Shown one piece after another: positions 7,517 through 12,335 of a stretch of DNA of 12,335 bases (positions are counted from its first letter, which is position 1; each line of letters starts with the position of its first letter). Under the pieces are notes generated by a model. The model worked only from the letters and a program-made list of their open reading frames with translations. It did no database searches and was not told the DNA's origin. This DNA is from Candidatus Hydrogenedentota bacterium. Its GTDB lineage: Bacteria; Hydrogenedentota; Hydrogenedentia; Hydrogenedentales; GCA-2746185. Where the stretch lies: NCBI GenBank assembly GCA_046583315.1, contig JAYGCN010000186.1:1-12335 (forward strand). The letters run 5' to 3'. A program made the position numbers and the translations under genes.

Positions 7517-9385
7517 CTACTGATTCGCTTCTTGCAGTGTTTGAAGGAGTTCCGGGGCGTCGGGATTGGTCAGGCGTTGGACTCCCGGTAGCAGGCGGTC
7601 ACGTTTTTTTTGGGTATCGGCCAATTTCAGTGTTCGTTTGTACAGTTTTAGTGTAGCGTCCGATGCCGGGTCTGCCTGTTTCTCGAGAACGGTGGCCAAT
7701 GCCTCGAAGGCCTCATTTTCGAGGGTCGCATCGCTCAGGTATCGCGCGATTTTTTCGAGTTCGGTAGCGGGCGCGTCTGAGGGCCAATCGCCGAATACCT
7801 GAATGATTCGGGATTGTACGCTTGGGTCGGCTTTTCGCATCACGGTACGCAAGGTTGAAATGCTGGCATCTTCCTGGATTCGACTGAGTGCATCGATGAT
7901 TCCATTTTGAACTTCGGGTGAGGTGTTGCGTTTGAGTTCGTCGTGAAGTGCCCGGACGCGGTGTTCTCCGGGCGAACTGCGTTGGGCGATGGCGACGATT
8001 CCTTCTCCGATGATTGCGCGTTGTTCGGGGGACCAGTTTGAGGTCCATGCTCTGATCATGAGCTCGAGTTCGTCCGGTGTGCCGAGTACGCCGAGTGTTT
8101 TGAGGCTTTCGAATTGTATTTCGGGCAGGTCGCGTTCGGCGATTCGGGTGAGTACGCCTATACCTCGAGTGGCGTTTCGCAGTGACATCATTTTTACGGC
8201 TTCGAGTCGAACGGCGTTGTCGGCGCTCATTCCGGATTTCACGAGTTCGGCATTGATTTTGGGTCCATCCAGTGAACGGAGTGCGTTCTGGGCGAGTTTG
8301 CGTTCTTCGGGGGTGCCGGTTGCGGAAACTTTGAGTAGGGTTTGCAGGGTGTCGGGATGGTTGAACTTTCCTATCGCGCGCAGGGCCTCCAAACGCACTT
8401 CGGGCGAACGATTGAGCATGGACTGGATAACGGTGGGTAGTCCGAGTGGATCGCGGCGTTCACCGAGAATCGCGACGACCAGTTGCTGGATTGGTGGGGT
8501 CAAATCGGCATAGGTGGATACGAGTGCGAGGGTTACGGCTTCTCCTTCGATGGTGCTGATGGCTTTGGCGGCGGCGGCCTGCATTTCCGTGTCCGTGCCT
8601 TCGAGTGCTTCTATCACCACGGGTATCGAGTTTTCGCGTTCGGTTTGAACCAGACCGCGCATTGCTTCTTGGCGCACTTCGATGGGTTCCACTTCGATCA
8701 ATAACGAATCGAACACGTCCAGCGCGGCCTGTCGATCGCCGTCTGCGAGGGAGACCCACCCGCAACGCAGATAGGCTTTGGTTCCGTCGGCCCGTAGACT
8801 GCGCCGCACGCTTAAACGTGCCATGCCCAGTAGCTGGGCCGCATCAAGACCACCGATTTCACCGAGTGCGGTGAGACTCGCTCTTACGAGATCGGTATTG
8901 CCGGATTGAACGAATTGGCGCAGGGAGCGAATGGCCTCGGTGGCGCGTCGTCGTCCGAGGGATTCGATTACGCCGGTTAGTGTCGAGCCGGATGCTCTTT
9001 TCAGGGCATCGAGCAATGCGTGGAGCGCGTCAGGATGTTCGATTTGCTCGAGTCCGCGACGGGCAATGTCGCCAGTGCCTCTGCGGTAGAGTAACTTGGA
9101 GAGTGCGGGTACGGAATCTTCGTCGGCGAATTTGTAGAGCTGATCGGCGATGAAGCGTTTGGCATCGCCGGAGAGTTTTGAGTTGTTGAGTGCTTTGAAG
9201 AGGTAGGGTTCGATCTCGACGCGTTTTTTGTACAATCCTTCGGCTTCGTCGCAGACACGGATGACGGCTTCTTTGTGTGCCAGGGGGTCGGCGAAAATGG
9301 CATTGAGATCCTGGGCAAATCCGGGCAGGCAGGTGGTGATAAGGAGCAGTGCCACGAGGATTGTTCGTTTTTGGGGTACCAGCAT
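7517..9385 (-). CDS. Exported HEAT-repeat (PBS lyase-like) alpha-solenoid protein
   Basis: Recurrent HEAT motifs (VRASLTALGEIG, VRQEAMRGL, VRLEALRAIGKF, VRLEAVKMM, IQFESLKTLGVLG). Likely start ATG 9385 with SD GGGAG; the ORF is open to 9421. Signal peptide KRTILVALLLITTCLPGFA-QD. Confidence 0.85.
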   Translation of the reverse strand: MLVPQKRTILVALLLITTCLPGFAQDLNAIFADPLAHKEAVIRVCDEAEGLYKKRVEIEPYLFKALNNSKLSGDAKRFIADQLYKFADEDSVPALSKLLYRRGTGDIARRGLEQIEHPDALHALLDALKRASGSTLTGVIESLGRRRATEAIRSLRQFVQSGNTDLVRASLTALGEIGGLDAAQLLGMARLSVRRSLRADGTKAYLRCGWVSLADGDRQAALDVFDSLLIEVEPIEVRQEAMRGLVQTERENSIPVVIEALEGTDTEMQAAAAKAISTIEGEAVTLALVSTYADLTPPIQQLVVAILGERRDPLGLPTVIQSMLNRSPEVRLEALRAIGKFNHPDTLQTLLKVSATGTPEERKLAQNALRSLDGPKINAELVKSGMSADNAVRLEAVKMMSLRNATRGIGVLTRIAERDLPEIQFESLKTLGVLGTPDELELMIRAWTSNWSPEQRAIIGEGIVAIAQRSSPGEHRVRALHDELKRNTSPEVQNGIIDALSRIQEDASISTLRTVMRKADPSVQSRIIQVFGDWPSDAPATELEKIARYLSDATLENEAFEALATVLEKQADPASDATLKLYKRTLKLADTQKKRDRLLPGVQRLTNPDAPELLQTLQEANQ

Positions 9386-9455
9386 CTTGCGCTCCCATGA
9401 GGTTGGTAAGCCATTATGCACAATTGGGTGACGAATTAAACCATTTTCGGAGGAA

Positions 9456-10370
9456 TTATGCCGGTATTTCTGAAGAAGGATGCAGTTTTACAACTTGTAT
9501 GCGGGGCGTGCCGATTCCGTTCAGAATGCGTTTGCTGACAAGGTAGAGCACGAGGGCGGTGCTTAGGGGCAGTACGAGCAATTCGAAGAGTACAATCAAT
9601 ACGAAGTACATGAACGACATCAATGTGAGTTGAAAGGTTTCTGCGATGGACTGCATGAGCACGACCATGGCGTTCTGAACGCGGTCGATGCTTTCGGCTG
9701 GTTTCAGGATGGAGATTTCGCCTTTGACGGCGAGGAATTTATCCTGGGTGGATTCGAGTTGGGTATTGAATTGGCTGATGCTCTCGCGGTGTTGTTCTTT
9801 GAGTTCGTCGACGTATCGCACGCTGAGTTCGTCGGTGGCGAGCAGGGAAAGCGGCAATACGTAACACACGAGCAGGCCAATAAGCATGAGGTTGCGCGCG
9901 AGCAGAGTGGCGTTCCATTTGGTGGTAGGAAATGCGACCGAGGTCGCCATGATCAGACAGCCGATTCCAATGAGGGGAAAACCGAGCGTGAGTAGACCGG
10001 TTTCGAGCAGGATTTTGTAGGAACCAAGAATGACAAATGCGTAGAGGAAAACTTTCCAGAAAAAATCGACGTAGTCGTAGGCGGGCTGGATGAGGTCGCC
10101 TACTTGTACTTCGATCCCGACACCGACGGTGCTGCCTTCGATGAGTGCGAGCGAGGCTTTGATGGCGGAGAACACCAGAAAGGTTTTCTGATTATCGAGC
10201 ATGCTCTCGTCTATAAGGGCGAGGGAGGATTCGGTGAGCGCATCGAATCCAGTGATGCGCGCAATGGTGGGTTGAGCGATGAGAATGGCAAGTCCTGCGA
10301 CGATCAGCAGGGTTGCGAGCACTACACGGGGGACGGGTGATGCGTGTTTGGGTGGTTCGTCGGATGCCAT
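9456..10370 (-). CDS. Hypothetical multi-pass membrane protein
   Basis: 304 aa with about 5-6 hydrophobic segments and a helical, coiled-coil-like soluble stretch (VDELKEQH...STQDKF). Has its own SD (GGAGGG) and promoter. No function recognised. Confidence 0.75.
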   Translation of the reverse strand: MASDEPPKHASPVPRVVLATLLIVAGLAILIAQPTIARITGFDALTESSLALIDESMLDNQKTFLVFSAIKASLALIEGSTVGVGIEVQVGDLIQPAYDYVDFFWKVFLYAFVILGSYKILLETGLLTLGFPLIGIGCLIMATSVAFPTTKWNATLLARNLMLIGLLVCYVLPLSLLATDELSVRYVDELKEQHRESISQFNTQLESTQDKFLAVKGEISILKPAESIDRVQNAMVVLMQSIAETFQLTLMSFMYFVLIVLFELLVLPLSTALVLYLVSKRILNGIGTPRIQVVKLHPSSEIPA

Positions 10371-10396
10371 GAACGGTAGTTCCCCCTCCGGATTGG

Positions 10397-10405
10397 ATTA
10401 TACCA
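10397..10405 (-). promoter_or_regulatory. Extended -10 promoter of the membrane protein gene
   Basis: Minus strand TGgTATAAT, a perfect extended -10 consensus, 26 nt upstream of ATG 10370. Confidence 0.7.
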
Positions 10406-10435
10406 GCTATTCCGGATCTATGTGGGATCTGACGC

Positions 10436-10954
10436 TCAAGGTTCCAAAATTCGGATGTCGTCGAGATCGCGGAAGTTCTGGTTGTAGTCCATGCCGAAAC
10501 CTACGACGAAGAGATCTTCGATGGTAAACCCGACCCAATCGGCATTGACCGCTTCGATGCGGCGCGAGGGTTTGTCGAGCAACGAAACGATTTTGAGTGA
10601 GGCGGGTTTGTGGGCTTGAATGTGCTCGATGAGCGCGGCGGCGGTGCGTCCGGTGTCCAAAATGTCTTCGATGAGCAGAACGTGACGACCTGCGACCGTA
10701 GCCTTTGAATTGAAATCGATTTCCACATTACCGGTGGATTCAGTGCCCTCGTAGCTACGCGCTTGTATGGTTCCTGTATCGAAGGTGATGGTGAGTTTCT
10801 TGGCGAGGGATTCGGCGAAGGGTTTAGCGCCTTTCAAGACCGTGAGAAGAACGGGGGTTGTTTGACTGAATGCCGCGTCGACCTCGGTTGCGAGCTCGCG
10901 TATGCGCGTATCGAGGGCATCAGCTGTGATGAAGGGCTCCTTACTCAGCTGCAT
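10436..10954 (-). CDS. hpt: Hypoxanthine(-guanine) phosphoribosyltransferase
   Basis: 172 aa. VLKGA, SYEGTESTG, PRPP-binding LLIEDILDTGRT, LLDKPSRR and FVVGFGMDY. SD GAGGT. 14-nt overlap with tilS. Confidence 0.95.
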   Translation of the reverse strand: MQLSKEPFITADALDTRIRELATEVDAAFSQTTPVLLTVLKGAKPFAESLAKKLTITFDTGTIQARSYEGTESTGNVEIDFNSKATVAGRHVLLIEDILDTGRTAAALIEHIQAHKPASLKIVSLLDKPSRRIEAVNADWVGFTIEDLFVVGFGMDYNQNFRDLDDIRILEP

Positions 10955-12317
10955 CGCTTACCTCGATTTGCAGGAGTCGGGTTGTAGAAACCGTGATGGC
11001 GAATTCGTTGGCCAGAGCGTGGCCTACGACCCAGACGATGAGGTCTCCGCAGACCAGCAAGGGGGTCGCGTCGCGTTGTTCGGGTGGCAGACCCAAATCG
11101 CCGAAGTAATCTTTGAGCTTGCGCGTGCCGTTCATGCCCATGGGGGAGAATCGGTCACCGGGTTGACGAAAGCGAATGGCGAGAGCCCCGGAAAGTTTGT
11201 CGGCATCGATAACTTGCCGGTTCGGGGTGCAGTAATTGATCAGGGATTCCGTTGGAGCGTCGGTTAGGAGCGTGGCAGAGTAACAACGACCGCGTAGTGT
11301 CGCTTGACCGGGGACGGGCAGGGGCTCGGTGGTGGCTGCTGACTCGTCGGAGTTCGATTTTACGATGATCGTTTGCTCACGTCCGTTTGAAAGCTGAACA
11401 TTTCGGCCGAGATCGTAGTGTCGTGAAGTTCCCGCGTTGCAGATGAAACGGATGGCCCCTTCGATGCCTTCAAAATCGCATAGGCCGCCGACTTGTTGGG
11501 CGATTTTTTGCATGACGCGGCGTTGCAGGGCGGGATGGAGGGCGCGAAAGGATTCACGGTCGATCTCAGGGCCGGGGCTCACACAGCCGCTCGTGGCTTG
11601 CTCGGCTAATTCGGCGAGAAACTGGTCGTCGACACGTGCTAAATCGGCGAGACGGTTGAGTGCTGAGGTGACGTTTGCATTGTAGGCATCGCGAAGCTGG
11701 GGCAGTAGATCGTTTCGGATGCGGTTGCGTAGATAGGCCTGATCGATGTTGGATGCGTCTTCGCGCCAGGGGATTTTTCGTTGGGTCAGATATACGATAA
11801 TATCCGCGCGGGTCACGGTCAACAGTGGACGAATCAGGGGTAGACCGTTCCATTGGCCGTGCACGGGAATGCCGGCGAGTCCGGTCGTTGAGGTGCCGCG
11901 CAGAATTCGCATGAGAACGGTTTCGGCCTGATCGTCGGCGTGGTGCGCTGTGGCGATGGCGTCGTAATTGTTTGCGCGGGCGGTTTCAACGAGGAAATCG
12001 TAGCGGGTGTGTCGCGCGACCTCTTCGAAGGACTGGCTGGATGTTTCGGCGAGGGCGGGCACGTCTACCCGTTTTGCGTAGTATGGGATTTCGAGCAGGG
12101 CCACGTGGGCTTCTAGCCATGCCGCGTCTTCGGTGCTGGCGCCTTCGCGGGTGGTATGGTCTAGATGCGCGACCCCGACCGTCAATCCGGCATCAATCAG
12201 GCTGTGGAGTAGCGCGATGGAATCGGCGCCACCGGATACCGCGACGAGAATCGAGGGTTTGGTGCTCCAATCGTGTTGGCGAATGGCGTTGACTACGGGT
12301 GATTCGGATTGTGACAC
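10941..12317 (-). CDS. tilS: tRNA(Ile)-lysidine synthetase
   Basis: 458 aa with GTG start and SD GGAG. PP-loop VAVSGGADS, ATAHHADDQAETVLMR, IRPLL, DASN...RNRIR and C-terminal domain RFRQPGDRF..RKLKDYF. Confidence 0.97.
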   Translation of the reverse strand: MSQSESPVVNAIRQHDWSTKPSILVAVSGGADSIALLHSLIDAGLTVGVAHLDHTTREGASTEDAAWLEAHVALLEIPYYAKRVDVPALAETSSQSFEEVARHTRYDFLVETARANNYDAIATAHHADDQAETVLMRILRGTSTTGLAGIPVHGQWNGLPLIRPLLTVTRADIIVYLTQRKIPWREDASNIDQAYLRNRIRNDLLPQLRDAYNANVTSALNRLADLARVDDQFLAELAEQATSGCVSPGPEIDRESFRALHPALQRRVMQKIAQQVGGLCDFEGIEGAIRFICNAGTSRHYDLGRNVQLSNGREQTIIVKSNSDESAATTEPLPVPGQATLRGRCYSATLLTDAPTESLINYCTPNRQVIDADKLSGALAIRFRQPGDRFSPMGMNGTRKLKDYFGDLGLPPEQRDATPLLVCGDLIVWVVGHALANEFAITVSTTRLLQIEVSDAAE

Positions 12318-12335
12318 GGGATGCTCCAGGCCTTC

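Noticed and set aside
7502..7517. GGCA...TGCC hairpin after the HEAT gene as a terminator
   Set aside because: The stem is only about 4 bp and there is no U-tract.
5752..8513. Plus-strand ORFs of 120-175 aa (5752-6228, 6830-7210, 7989-8513) and similar short ORFs elsewhere
   Set aside because: Antisense shadows of real genes, expected at this GC content, with no recognisable domains.
9340..9360. Cys in the HEAT protein signal (ITTC) as a lipobox
   Set aside because: Poor match to L-[AS]-[GA]-C. The GFA-Q signal peptidase I site is more plausible.
10436..12317. TilS-HprT fusion or programmed frameshift
   Set aside because: These are two complete ORFs, hpt has its own SD (GAGGT), and no slippery site is evident.
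1..12335. CRISPR array, tRNA/rRNA, IS element, prophage or defence system
   Set aside because: Intergenic gaps are all under about 145 bp, and I found no spaced repeats, cloverleaf, or transposase, integrase or nuclease motifs.

Overview
A gene-dense bacterial chromosomal housekeeping region from a diderm organism (it has BamD and LptE). The N-terminus of BamD and the exported HEAT protein suggest a PVC-like or Hydrogenedentota-like lineage, but that is only an impression. Left to right: bioD and bioF (-); a divergent trmH-eda-DsbA-like operon (+); a convergent bamD-lptE-holA operon (-); a lipoprotein cyclophilin with its own terminator (-); an exported HEAT-repeat protein (-); an uncharacterised multi-pass membrane protein (-); and tilS-hpt (-). 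I see no mobile element, CRISPR array, RNA gene or defence system, and no clearly novel multi-gene system. The most interesting signal is in the cyclophilin gene. It has a second in-frame ATG with a strong Shine-Dalgarno (SD) site exactly at the start of the catalytic domain, and an upstream sequence that could mask the first SD. One gene may therefore make both an exported lipoprotein PPIase and a cytoplasmic PPIase. Lesser points are a non-lipidated BamD in the usual leuS position, face-to-face promoters in a 51-bp spacer, a possible REP-like element at the left edge, and a possible operator around a perfect extended -10.
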